From Octopus bimaculoides (taxonomy: Eukaryota): a DNA stretch of 55,959 nucleotides. Under the pieces are notes generated by a model, which saw nothing but the letters and a program-made list of their open reading frames with translations, was not told the DNA's origin and searched no databases. Made by a program: the position numbers and the translations under genes. Location: NCBI RefSeq assembly GCF_001194135.2, contig NC_068983.1:15668571-15724529 (forward strand), written 5' to 3'. Positions 27,596-40,643 of the stretch are shown here, piece by piece; position 1 is the stretch's first letter; each line of letters starts with the position of its first letter.

Positions 27596-28006
27596 TTTTT
27601 ACTCTTTTACTTGTTTCAGTCATTTGACTGCGGCCATGCTGGAGCACCGCCTTTAGTCGAGCAAATCGACCCCAGGACTTATTCTTTGGAAGCCTAGTAC
27701 TTATTCTATCGGTCTCTTTTGCCGAACCACTAAGTTACAGGGACGTAAACACACCAGCATCGGTTGTCAAGCGATGGTGGGGGGACAAACACAGACACAC
27801 AAACACACACATACACATATATATATATACACATATATACGACGGGCTTCTTTCAGTTTCCGTCTACCAAATCCACTCACAAGGCTTTGGTCGGCCCGAG
27901 GCTATAGTAGAAGACACTTGCCCAAGGTGCCACGCAGTGGGACTGAACCCGGAACCATGTGGTTGGTAAGCAAGCTACTTACCACACAGCCACTCCTGTG
28001 CCTGTA
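27596..28006 (-). mobile_element. SINE family D just upstream of the MsrB acceptor
   Basis: Full length with CpGs largely intact (young). Further copies or fragments at about 1995-2195 (+), 8462-9430 (+, gapped), 12654-12895 with 13455-13650 (-), 13891-14583 (-) and 26478-26780 (+). Confidence 0.92.
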
Positions 28007-28057
28007 CATTTTATGATTGTTTTGTTTTCTTATGTACTTTTCTTTCTCTCTTTGCAG

Positions 28058-28206
28058 GTATGCAACGTCTGGAGGTGATGTGTTCTGACTGTGGTGCTCA
28101 TCTTGGCCATGTATTTGATGATGGACCTAAATCTAGAAAACAGACAGGACTCCGATACTGTGTCAACTCAGCTTCTCTGGGTTTCAAAAAACACACTACA
28201 GTTTAG
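28058..28206 (+). CDS. MSRB: Methionine-R-sulfoxide reductase (MsrB2/B3-like), terminal coding exon: [49 protein letters not shown]
   Basis: Strong polypyrimidine tract plus TTGCAG acceptor; SelR-family motifs CxxC, HLGHVFxDGP and catalytic RYCxNS; phase-1 start; TAG at 28204-28206. Paralog (B2 vs B3) not resolved. Confidence 0.93.
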
Positions 28207-28552
28207 CACCTCTGGGTTTCATGTCCATACTAACATCTCATCGAAGTTGAAAGTAACACCGTACCGTATCTTTAATTAAACTTTGATTGACAAACAAAAA
28301 AAAATACAAATAAAATGAAGAAAAAAAAATTTATATCATAAAATGTCATCGTTATTTCAAGTAGCAGCATGATTTTTTTTTAAATAAAAAAAAAAAAATT
28401 TTTTTTAATATAAATGCTGGCCTCTTTGTAGACAGACCCTGGCTATTTACAAATTATCATCCTAGCTGCTTTTATTCATCTACTAGCCTCTTTTGAATTT
28501 TATTTTGTTGCTATAAATTAGAGGGTCATGCTACGTATTTTCTTATTTCCCA

Positions 28553-28558
28553 AATAAA
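28553..28558 (+). terminator. Candidate MsrB polyadenylation signal
   Basis: AATAAA about 350 nt after the stop; other AATAAA copies occur nearer the stop. Confidence 0.35.
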
Positions 28559-28895
28559 GTTTATATTGAACAACAATGTTTAAGAACTTTTATAGAATTA
28601 TTTTTGCAGAGGATAACTAACATTGTTCATGTTAAGGTGACCTTATATATTTATAAACACAAACACACATGTGCATATANNNNNNNNNNNNNNNNNNNNN
28701 NNNNNNNNNNNNNNNNNNNNNNNNNNNNNNNNNNNNNNNNNNNNNNNNNNNNNNNNNNNNNNNNNNNNNNNNNNNNNNNNNNNNNNNNNNNNNNNNNNNN
28801 NNNNNNNNNNNNNNNNNNNNNNNNNNNNNNNNNNNNNNNNNNNNNNNNNNNNNNNNNNNNNNNNNNNNNNNNATACATAGATACATGCATGTGTA

Positions 28896-28943
<48 letters not shown>

Positions 28944-29179
28944 CACACATGCACACACACCTTTCACTGCAAAATATTAAAGTTAGCTTTTGCTCCTTCA
29001 ATAGAGCTTTCAATTACAGAACAGTTTAGTAAATATGATATTGGAATGCTTTTCGTCCAGACTTTTAGGATGGAGCACCACCTGTTGTACTTTGATCAAG
29101 AATATTTAAGAAGGTTAATACGCCCTAGCTGAGAAATATTCACTAAGATTTCAAATCTGCTTTCTAGTGCTCTCCTCCA

Positions 29180-29234
<55 letters not shown>

Positions 29235-30977
29235 NNNNNNNNNNNNNNNNNNNNNNNNNNNNNNNNNNNNNNNNNNNNNNNNNNNNNNNNNNNNNNNNNN
29301 NNNNNNNNNNNNNNNNNNNNNNNNNNNNNNNNNNNNNNNNNNNNNNNNNNNNNNNNNNNNNNNNNNNNNNNNNNNNNNNNNNNNNNNNNNNNNNNNNNNN
29401 NNNNNNNNNNNNNNNNNNNNNNNNNNNNNNNNNNNNNNNNNNNNNNNNNNNNNNNNNAAAAAAAAAAAAAAAAAAAGCAATAAATCTAACAGCATATGAC
29501 ATTTTTATTTTAGGCAAAACAGGAACAAAATAACTATCAACTACATTTCAGCATTCTAAATGTAAAATACTCCCTCCCTCCCCTCTGTCCCCCCTCTTCA
29601 TGTATTTGTTGGTCTCTTCATCCATGCATCTGTGTGTATATTTCATGCATGCATTTATTATATGTTTCTCTGCATGCATGCATTTCTGTGTGACTGCATG
29701 CATATATCTCTGAGAATATGGGCAAGTTAGGCACACATCCTACACACACACACTATCCATCACATTCCTGAAAATTTCTGTGTTCACATTTATTTATAGG
29801 ACTACCATCAATAAGTAAACCCAGTTCATCATTTTACACCAGTCTCTCTCCTTCTTAATCCCCTCCTCGTCCTTCCCCCTCCTCCTCTTCTAACACTGGG
29901 GTTGATGTAATTGAATAGTTCCCTTCTCCAAAATTTCAGGCCTTGTGCTTTTAGTAGAAAGGATAATTATTATTATTATTGTTCCATAATATAGCATTTA
30001 TAGTGTTGAATAACTCTACTTTCACTATATCGGTATTAAATCTATACCATTACCTTCTCTACAACACAAACTCACTAACAACACATTACTATTTGTGGCA
30101 TATAACAGGCTTCTCCTTAATTAGATAACTTTCTAAAACATTTTTTGTTGTTTTGTTTTTACTTAATGATATTTATTTAATTTTTTTAATTAAGTTAAAA
30201 AATGGAAAAACTGTGATTTAAACAGTCTTACTGAATATTTTCAGGAATTCTCTCTCCAATTCTTAGTATAGTCACATTCAGAATAAAAAAATGTAAATTA
30301 TCTTCTTCGTTATAAACTTTCCAGCTGTTTCCACCTTCCTAGCACAGACAGACGAAGCTGAACTTTAAAGTGCCAGTTATTAGCTCTGTCTACCAGTTCT
30401 AGTCATGTCAGTTAAAATATCTTTCTACATTGGAACTAAACTATTTGATAATTTTATTACATTCATATACTTATCAAATGAAATTACTTAGTGTTAGCTG
30501 TAGCAAAACTTGAATCAGAGAAAGCAGGCAGGGGTAATATGAAAAAACCCCCCACACAAAAATTATTTTCCGCCCACTGCTAGCATTTGAAAATACTAGT
30601 TCTCTGCCAGCTCCTAGCTTCATATGAAATCATGTGTTCACTAAAGCTAATAAATCCATACCTCAAGTACTTGGTGCTTAAAATATTTTATTGTTGCAAT
30701 AGCTGCTGTTATTGTTGTTGTTAGTTCTGTTGTTGATCTTAGTTAATTTGTCTTAATAACCTCCTATTGTTAGTTGCGTTACAGAACAGAGAATAACTTA
30801 ATTAGATATTATTCTTAATTTGTTCCCCCCCACCTTCGACATCTGCGTCTGTATCACTGTCGCATCATTTTAGATGTTAGTATTGTTATAGGTGAGTCAA
30901 TAATTTTGTGAAGGAAAAAACCAAATCAAAATCTTCTGCATTAAAACACACTACACCTTACTCTATGTGTACATGTG

Positions 30978-31034
<57 letters not shown>

Positions 31035-31689
31035 NNNNNNNNNNNNNNNNNNNNNNNNNNNNNNTATATATATGCTCATCTCACACATACACACATGTAG
31101 ACACTACTTCAAGAAATAAAATCTAGCAGCTAAATCCTTTTAAGGTTAGGTATTCATCATTAATAAGTTGATGAGGATTGCCAGAAATAGATAATGCTAA
31201 GAACAGCACAGGTTTTTATAGACTTAAAATGTCATATTATCTATTTAAAACAACTTATTTAAAAGTAAGTTAATTTGGCTTCACAAAATAGAAAAAAAAT
31301 ACATAAGGGCTGTATACTAAAATGGAATAAACTCAAGTAATGATATCAATTAATATAAAATGTTTAGTTTATTTAAAAAACAACACCACAAACAGCAAGA
31401 TATATATTATATAATATAATGAACTTATTGTATACAGTGCTCAGATGCACTACAACTCATCAAAGTTATAATTGTTAATTAGTACTTTTTCATTGATAAT
31501 TTCCTATTTGGTTCATGAATTAATTAAAACATTTTTTTGTCCCCCCCATATTTTTTTTATCCTAATTATTTTGGCCATGTTTATGTTCTGTGATAACTGC
31601 AGCTTTATTGGTCAACTAACCATATAACTCTTCACCTAGCATCAATAATTGACAACTTATTCTTTTACTAATAATCATTTTGAAATATC

Positions 31690-31724
<35 letters not shown>

Positions 31725-32254
31725 TAGTTTCTGAACTTACTCATGACAAAAATAAATATATGAATAAGATAAATAAATAAATTCTAAATATTTTAGTTCT
31801 TCAAAGAGAAAGTATCAAGTTAATCTAACTTTGAATTATTTTTTTGAATTTCATTCATCCATCAACATTTCACTTTCTAATTTCATGAAATTATAATCAT
31901 GAACTGTGCGTGTATTTGATAAATTCTTTAACAACATGTCTTCATTTTTCTTTGACACAACTGAAATTCATCTGTATTTATTTATTTATTCATCAACTGA
32001 AAGTTAAATGTCACAAGCTCCTACAATAAAGAACAGTTTGTAGGAAAGGAATTAGTGAGACATCACCCCCTTGTCATCTATATCATATCTTTGTCTTATA
32101 CTGATATGTTCTTATCAGAATATTTAATGTCTATTTTAGTGATGAGTCATCTCTTATATAGTCCACTACCAGATGTTCAGTAGTCCCTTTTTAAAGTCAA
32201 CTAATCAGTATGATTGTTGAATATCCTATTCATTATTATTATTATTATTATTAT

Positions 32255-32467
32255 GGGCCAAACTGGTAAAATTGTTAGCATGTTAGGCAAAATGCTTAGC
32301 AGCATTTTCTCCATCTTTACGTTCTGAGTTCAAATTCCACCAAGGTCGACTTTGCCTTTCATCCTTTTGGGGGGGTCGATAAATCAAGTTCCAGTTATGC
32401 ACTGGAGTCGATGTAATCAACTATCCCCTTTCACCCAAAATTTTCAAGGCCGTGTGCCTAGAGTAGA

Positions 32468-32535
<68 letters not shown>

Positions 32536-32763
32536 GGGCGAACTGGCAGAATCGTTAGCACATTGGGCAAAATGCTTAGTGGCATTTCATCTGTCTTTAT
32601 GTTCTGAGTTCAAATTCCGCCAAGGTCGACTTTACCTTTCATCCTTTTGGGGATCAATAAAATAAGTACCAGTTTAACACTGGAGTCGATGTAATCAATT
32701 AGTCCCCTCCCCCCAAATTTCAGGCCTTGTGCCTTTAGTAGAAAGGATCATTATTATTATTAT
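32255..32763 (+). mobile_element. Two tandem family-C SINEs separated by (AAT)n(ATT)n
   Basis: Two similar units of about 220 nt, each followed by AAT/ATT repeats; many CpG-to-TpG/CpA changes. Confidence 0.85.
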
Positions 32764-35465
32764 ACATGACTTAAAGATATACAAAGTCTAGTATATAGTG
32801 GATAAGAATGATTAGATAATGTCTCGTTTATCTACAACTCCTGTTATGGCATTTCAAGTTGTTTCCAATTTGGAGTTGTCTAATATCTTTGATTCTTCAT
32901 TTGATCTTCCTTAATCTAGAAAACAATGGTGAAGAAGATTGAAGAAATAGACTTAACTTTACTGAAAGACCTGCCCTGTTTTACTATCTTTCACAAACAA
33001 TATAATATCTTTACTGAAATAATAAAATTACAGGAAATAGTTCAAGTGAATCTACTTGTTTAATGGGTGTAATTCAGCCAAAACAAACCACTTAGATATT
33101 GGTTTAAAAATAACACTTAGTTCATTTCTTGACTGCAGCGTCTTGTTTTATCTTCTCTTGGTTTATAAACATGAAGAAATATCTAAACAGAGTGAAATTT
33201 ATACATAAAATGATATGTTGTTAAAGATTTTCAAATACACTATTGCAGAATTAATTTTTTTTAAAGTTTATTTAATGTGTATGTAGTGATTGTAACCTGT
33301 GTTAATATTAATGGATTTGCTTCTGTGATATTTTCATTTTTTGCTTTTTCACCCTGTTATCTTTGGCAACACAATTCCTGTAAGCTTTAACATTTTCTTT
33401 ACAATTCTTGCCACTTAAAACTCACACATATTTTTGTGGGACCTTTAACTGTGTCTTAGACTATTAACATTGTTTTTTTTTAATTATTATTGTGTTAATT
33501 GTAGCTATTTACTTTTTATTTAAATTTACATTTTGACCAGCTTAGCCCAGTATTATTAATCTAAGGTAGAATATAAATACTATTGTGTATACATACATAC
33601 ATACATACATACATACAAATGCGTGTGTGTGTGTGTATTGTAATGTGATGTAACTCTATCTCTTAGCATGTAAAACCTGATAAAAAGCATTTGGCTCTCT
33701 GTGCATTTTGAAAATCTGAGTAATAGTCATATGTCACTTAGCATTTCAGTTGTTCTAAAGTATGTTTGGGAATCTAGAGAAAATGGTCTTTCTATTTGTT
33801 ACTGTGGTACTAATATGATTTGGTTAATACTCTTTGGAGCACTGGTTGAATCCCTGGAAACCTGTGATCCTTCTTTCATAAACCCTCAAATTCTCATTGG
33901 GTTGTTTTAAGTTATTTTTTTTACTTTTTGAAACAAACAATGGGTCATTTTTCTCCCCCTTGTTTGTTTTGATTGATATAAATACTTCATCGGGGAATGG
34001 CACACGGATTGTTCTCTCCGAAATCTCTGTTCCATTCTAGATGATGGCCAATTCATTATTAGTATTTAATGAAAATTGTAATAATTTCAACAGTTTTCAA
34101 GTTAAGAAAACAATTGTTTATTATAAAGAAATAAATAAAAAGAATGCAATTTCATATTTAATGAAATCAGAAAATCATGACCTTTCTTTGGACAAACCAG
34201 AACATAATTTGAAAAATATTCCTTAGATTTTAGTCCAGTTAATGTTGACTTCTTTTTTTCTTAAATCAAAACTCTGCTTATTTTAATTCCTTTAGCTTAG
34301 AGAAGTTACTTAACTCTTGCAATATAATTTCCCAAATGCAGTCTTAATAAATTCCTGTTACTCTTGATTTATCTATTGGGATAGATCCTGAGTAAGTAGA
34401 ACAAAAAATAATAATAGTTAAAACCCTTTTTAGACTTCGCTGTCTAATGTAGAATGCACTGCTAGATATCTTCTGTTCAGTTCCAAGTAGAAGACTTCAC
34501 TGCTGGCTTGCCACTAACTTCATCAGAACAGATAATGCTACAGACAGCCATTTGTTACAAAAAAAAAAATTTTTTAAATTAAAAAAAAAAAGATCAAAAG
34601 AGAAATTCTTTGTCCTTAAATATTTGAGTTGAAAAACTAATTAATAATAATGGTGTTTGCTCTTATCTTTAATTTACAAGAAATTAATTATATACTGCTA
34701 TATAACTTTTAGTCAATGTTCATTATGTGAAGAAATAATAACATTGTAAAAGTATTATACTATGCTTAAACTATTATTTAAAGTTTAATTAATATTCTAC
34801 AAATATTATTTGCTGAGCTGATGTAAATAATTTAGTCTATTTAATTATATTCTATAAAAATCAGTTACTGAGTTGCTTGTAATATTTTTAAAAATTATTT
34901 TTGTTGTTGTCTAACTTATAAGCTTTTGTAAAGAAGAATAAAAATCAAAGTAAATAAAAAAAATTAAAAGCATGTTAAGTATCTGACAGTTATTTTCTCT
35001 TGATTTGTCCCCAAGACATGGCAAAAATGGTTCAGAGATTGTCAGGATGTAAAATTAGGCTTGCTATCAGTTTGTTTACACTGAAAATAACTTAAGAATG
35101 TTTCCTGTAAACAGGCTTATGATGTCATTAGCTTCACCTTTGCTATATATCCTTACACACACACACACATATACTAAAATATTTAAACTAGAAATAGCCA
35201 AAGGGAAAGATAAAACTAGTGATTAAAATAAGTGGGAATGAAAAGAGAACTTCACATAAAATATATATTCCAGCAGAGAAAATGGACATTAAATAATGAT
35301 GATGATGATTATATATTGTTTGTTTTTATGCTGAGTTATAATAAAAAAACAATTTTACATAAACTTGAGGATTACTCAATACTTTTGTAGAATACATATT
35401 ATTATTCCTTTACAAAAATAGGGCTGACAATGACTTTGAAGTTTTGGCCTGCTAAGCCTTTATTG

Positions 35466-35512
35466 GGCAGACTGATGAAGACTTAGCAGGCTGAAACTTG
35501 GAAGTCACTGTC
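35466..35512 (+). ncRNA. Type I hammerhead ribozyme motif (probably PLE/retrozyme-derived)
   Basis: CTGATGA 35472-35478; stem II around TAGC (4 of 5 pairs); GAAAC 35493-35497; stem III ACTT-GG-AAGT; GTC cleavage triplet 35504-35506; stem I GGCAG/CTGTC with a 1.1-2.1 mismatch. Confidence 0.65.
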
Positions 35513-36629
35513 AACACTATTCTTGTTAAAGAATAATGTCTGTCTATCTATCTAGCTAATGCATAGATACATACATACATATAGTTTATTATTAAACCTG
35601 AAGCACAGAGTTTGTCTCATGATTTGAGTTTCATGCAAGTGCAGTCATCAGGCCTGATAATTGTACTGGCAGGAAACTAGAGCTGTAAGACAAACTCTCA
35701 GCTTCAGTTTTAATTTTTTAAATTATATCCTCTACAACATGTATTGAGTATTCTTTCCTCATTTGTTCATCATTAATAGCATACATAAATATATAATTTC
35801 AGTTAAATATTTAAAAAGAAATAAAACTTAAAAGTTTAGATTATTTTTATATTTCATTCAAAGTATGAGATTGTGATTTATTTCTTCAGTGTTTGTCTGG
35901 CCTTCATTTTTATTTTTATCTTTGAATATTTGGTTCAACTGTAACTTGTAACATATATCATATCATTTTTCACTTGTTTATTGATGTTGACGTAGCATAA
36001 TTAAAAATGATTTCATCAATGTCTTTTAGCTGTAATGCCTCATCACACACATGAACAGTTACTAAACAGTTGCAGTTATCACATTCTGTTAAGAACCAGT
36101 TTTATGGAATAAACTATTTACTGCATGATATTGTGTGAAGTTTGGTTTTATTTGTCTTTCTTTGTCTTGCTTTCTGCTCATTCTCAGCTTACTGTGGTCG
36201 TGATTATGGAACTATTAATGCTTTGTTTGCAAATGAGACAATTAGAAAACTTTCTTATCATCAGAAATAATATCATAAAGCAGACTAATAAAACTAATAA
36301 TAAACTTCTTAGACTAAATCTTTGAATATATCTATTGCTAAAAGTAAGTATTAGTTTGAAGTTAAACTAGTTTTACTTGTGATTCTTTTTGGCTGCTGTA
36401 TTCTACCAAGTTTTCTTAATCCCACTTCCCAACTGAAGTAACACCTACCCACACATAACACACACACACACAGACACACACACACCTTTCCATTTATACC
36501 CTACTATACAATCTAGCTGATACATTTCTCACCAATGAATTTTTTATTTTGTTTTACTCCAAGTGTCATAGAATTCTAGGGCAACTTGGCATTGGGTACA
36601 GTCATAACCATGTACATATATACATGGTT

Positions 36630-37006
36630 GTGGAGGTGCAATGGCCCAGTGGTTAGGGTAACGGACATGCGGTCATAGGATCGTGGTTAGGATTCCCAGA
36701 CCTGGCGTTGTGAGTGTTTATTGAGCAAAAACACCTAAAGCGCCACGAGGCTCCAGCAGGGAATGGTGGTGAACCCTGCTGTACTCTTCCACCACAACTT
36801 TCTCTCACTCTTACTTCCTGTTTCTGTTGTGCCTGTAATTCAAAGGGTCAGCCTTTTCACGCTGAATCTCCCTCGAGAACTACATTAAGGGTACACATAT
36901 CTGTGGAGTGCTCAGCCACTTGCACGTTAATTTCACGAGCAGGCTGTTCTGTTGATTGGATCAACTGGAACCATCGTCGTCGTAAGTGACGGAGTGCCAA
37001 CAAATG
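36630..37006 (+). mobile_element. SINE family A, full length
   Basis: Same sequence family; TSD TACATGGTT. Confidence 0.9.
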
Positions 37007-37546
37007 TACATGGTTATGACTGCCTTGCAACCATATAGTTCCCACTACATGACAGATTGAGCAAGTGTCTTCTATTGTAGCCATATTATAAGTACCAAGG
37101 GTGACAAGCTGGCAGAATTGTTAGCACACCAGCCAAAATGCTTAGTGACATTTTGCTGTCTTTATGTTCCGAGTTCAAATTCCACCAAGGTCAACTTTAC
37201 CTTATCCTCCTTTGAGAGTTGATAAAATAAGTACAGATCGATTACTGGAGCCAATGTAATCAACTTACCCCTCCCCTGAAATTGCTGGCCTTGTGCCAAA
37301 ATTTGTGCCAACATACTAAGAAATGTTAGTTTCACATTTAATGACTGAAACTAACAAAAAAATTAGTCATACCTTTGTATGTCTAGCATGAAAATCCTCT
37401 TGCTACTAACCCTCTTATAGGCTCCTCATTTCACTACAATCAACAGGATTGAATACTTCCAAACAGAATCATTCATCACTGCATGTATTGATCAGTCTCT
37501 TAAGGGTGTATCAAGATTAATCCATCTCTCCTATATTCTATTATAC

Positions 37547-38020
37547 CAGTGGTTCCCAGACTATGAGTCGCGACCCACTGATGGGTCGCAAAAAGTTATA
37601 AAATTACGCATTAGCTTTGATTAACTGTTGTCTATCAAGATAGTTCAAGACTCATGTTTTCAATACCAGACTGGTTGTTTTATCAAGCAGTAGGCTTTTT
37701 TTCATGAACTTAACAAATCAGAGGTGGTCGTTTTCTCAAGTTATTTATTCGTATGTAATCGTAAAAAGGAAAAGTCTGTTTTTAATTATTTATAGAGAAC
37801 TTTACCTAGGCACAGTACAACACTGATCGAGCCGATAACAGTTACTGCTTCAAAGTTTTGTATTAGAGTTGATACCTGCCCATAGGGTATGGAAACGTTG
37901 AAACAGTTATAAAACGTTTTGTTTCACATTTAATATAACCCTAACCCAGTAGAGTTAAGTGGGTCGCCATAAACTGGTGTCATAAATAGGTCACGTCTCT
38001 AAAAAGTTTGGGAACCACTG
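37547..38020. mobile_element. Non-autonomous hAT element
   Basis: TIRs CAGTGGTTCCCA / TGGGAACCACTG; perfect 8-bp TSD TATTATAC at 37539-37546 and 38021-38028. Confidence 0.95.
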
Positions 38021-39144
38021 TATTATACTATTATATTGATTTCAAACTTTGGCACAAGGCCAATAGATTTGAGGGAGGGGCTAAGTTGGTCCATGCTGAC
38101 ATGCGTTAGTTTGTCTGAAACTGGTAAGCTGGAGAGCTGCACCAGGTTCCAGTCTGATTTGATATGGTTTCTCCAGCTAGAAGCCCTTCCTAATGCCAAC
38201 CACTTCAAGAGTGGGTGTCTTTTACATGCCACCGGCACAAGTGCCAGTTATGTGACGCTGGCGCTGGCCACAACTACGGTTCTGCTTGGCTTGATGAGTC
38301 TTCTCATGTTCGACTGGTGCTTATTTTATCGACCTCAAAAGGATGAAAGGCACCCTTCGAACACTGGCAGAATTTGAACTCAGAATGTAAAGGCAGATGA
38401 AATGCTTCTAAGCATTCCACCCAGCATGTTAGCAATTCTGTCAGCTCACCACTTTATATTATATTGGTTTCAAATTTTGGCATAAGGCCAGTAATTTTGG
38501 AGGTGGAGGTGCACAATTTGTACTTATTTTATTGATCCACAACAGAATGAAAGGTTAAGTTGGTCTTGGCAGAATTTGAACTCAGAATGTAAAGATGGAT
38601 GAAATTCTAGTAAGCATTTTGCCCAGCATGCTAACAATTATGCTAGCTTACTGACTTATATTAACATTTTTCTTACATTTATCTCTGATTGCATCTGAAG
38701 CTGATAAGGGATGCTACTAAATCAACAATCCCCAACCTTTTTTTGCACCACAGGTAAATTTCAGCGTTGTATGAAAGGGGTTTGCTACGGCTGGAACGCT
38801 ATTAATCAGATCTGACTGGAAGATAGCAGACATCCAGTCGAAGGGAGATAACTGATACACGCCAGAAGCTAGTTAAGATATTTTTTACGTGTTGATAATA
38901 GACAGAAAACCACGAAAGTGAGGATCGAGATTTATAGGTGGCACAGTATTCTGTCTATGTTCAAGGTACCAAGTCTCCAATGACCGAATCCACTTAATTC
39001 TGGAAAGAAACTGAGGTGACGAGAATAATATTGTTCAGAGTAATAAAAAGCGGAACCGACAAGTATTCCAATTATTCCGGTTAGGAAAAAAACGAAATGT
39101 TGTGTGTGTGTGTGCGTGCGTGTGTGTGTGTGCGTGTGTGTGTG

Positions 39145-39177
<33 letters not shown>

Positions 39178-40019
39178 ATGAACGTGTTATCTAAGGTTAA
39201 ATAAAAACAAGGTCTCATATTTTGTGAGGAACAGTGTAGTCGATTACATTGACACCATTGACAGATATTTGACTGTTATTTCTAGCAACTAGAGCGACCA
39301 CTTGGAGTCTATATATTTGGCTTATATATTTAGTTATATAGTCTCAAGTTGTCATTTAGCACCTCATCGAAATGTGGTCTAACACAAATATCCATATCTG
39401 CAAAAAATAACAAAACAAATTTTGATCTAAGGGAGACAACTACAATGATTACACTGGTCAACAAAAAAAATATTTTTTGAAATGGTGTCGAGACACCAAA
39501 CATCTTTTTTTTAGATAATTTGAGGGCGGTGAATTTGAAAATGACCTTATTTTTTCTTGGTTAGCTACCGTTTTTGCTATGCAGAAATGCCTCATTTTGG
39601 CGGGGGAAAAAAAGCATTTTTTTCATTTTCTATATATTTGATATTGATCGATGGCAATATTTCTCAAAGTAAAATCGTAGAAACTTTTCAATTCGTATTT
39701 AAACCAACAAATATTGGTCTGCTTATTGAGAAATACTATTTTTGCAATAACAATCAGACCCTAAGTCTTTAAAAATAACACGATTGAATATACCAAGACC
39801 AATAAGTATTTTTATCAAATCATTAAATAATCTAACAGCAGAAATATAACCTTTGTAAACATAAGAACTATGGTAAAAATTTTCTCTTTCTTGATTGTCT
39901 GTCATGTTCAATACTATTTAAGTCTCTTTTGATGCTCTAGCAGTAGTCAGCAATCATTCGTTTGTGTGTGTGTAAAGGATAAAGACTCCACCCCCACCCC
40001 CACAAGTAGCTGTAGAATT

Positions 40020-40303
40020 GAACCTAGAAAGTTTCCCTCTTAGACACAAGTCCGGGCAAAGTTGTTTGTGGAAGACCAGCAGTCACCCACTCACACCAGC
40101 GTCCCCTATCCACGCCACTGTTGTTATCTAATGGAAAGGCAAAAGCCGACACATCTTGGCACCAGTAACGTCGCAACTCACTGGCTGAATCGAAACAACG
40201 TAAAACAAAGTGTCTTGCTCAAGAACACAATACACAGCCTAGTCCGGGAATCGAACTCACAACTTCATGATTGCAAGGCCGATGCTCTAACCGCTGAGCC
40301 ACA
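40020..40303 (-). mobile_element. tRNA-headed CORE-like SINE with a different tail
   Basis: Reverse strand GTGGCTCAGCGGTTAGAGC...GAGTTCGATTCC...GTGTTCTTGAGCAAGACACT. Confidence 0.7.
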
Positions 40304-40380
40304 GACACACACACACACCTGTATGTGTGTGCGACCACTACATTTATATTCTTTTTCTCTCCTTGTTTCTTTCTGTGTTC

Positions 40381-40416
40381 CTTTCAGTTGAAGAGCGTAG
40401 GCTCGAAACGTCAAAG
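40381..40416 (+). ncRNA. Minimal hammerhead-like motif with a degenerate core
   Basis: CTTT-CAGTTGA-A-GAGC(GTAG)GCTC-GAAA-CG-TC-AAAG; core deviates from CUGANGA at two positions. Confidence 0.45.
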
Positions 40417-40526
40417 ACTTTCTCTATTCCCGAGCGTTATACTAATACATCCATTTGTTGCTTACACCACCTGTCTTCGTCTGTTGTTTTTTTCGTAAAT
40501 TCTCCCATATATATATATATATATAC

Positions 40527-40557
<31 letters not shown>

Positions 40558-40643
40558 ATAGAAAAGAAATATTAATATTTCTAAGTCTGCGGTACTGGAT
40601 ATTAATAGTTATCGCCAAGCCAACATGGCAGTCCAAAAAATAA

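Noticed and set aside
28159-28161. Selenoprotein MsrB1
   Set aside because: The catalytic position is TGT (Cys) in RYCVNS, not TGA.
33987-34036. Minus-strand mini-exon (EWNRDFGENNPCAIPR* or RRM-like NGTEISERTIRV)
   Set aside because: Too short to assign, and no adjoining exons found; used only as weak support for a hidden transcript.
34480-34540. Minus-strand CTGATGA...GAAGTC hammerhead-like string
   Set aside because: No GAAA, stem II does not close, and no stem I.
38780-39070. CpG-rich unique block, possible LTR or exon
   Set aside because: No TG..CA pair, PBS, splice borders or recognisable translation found.
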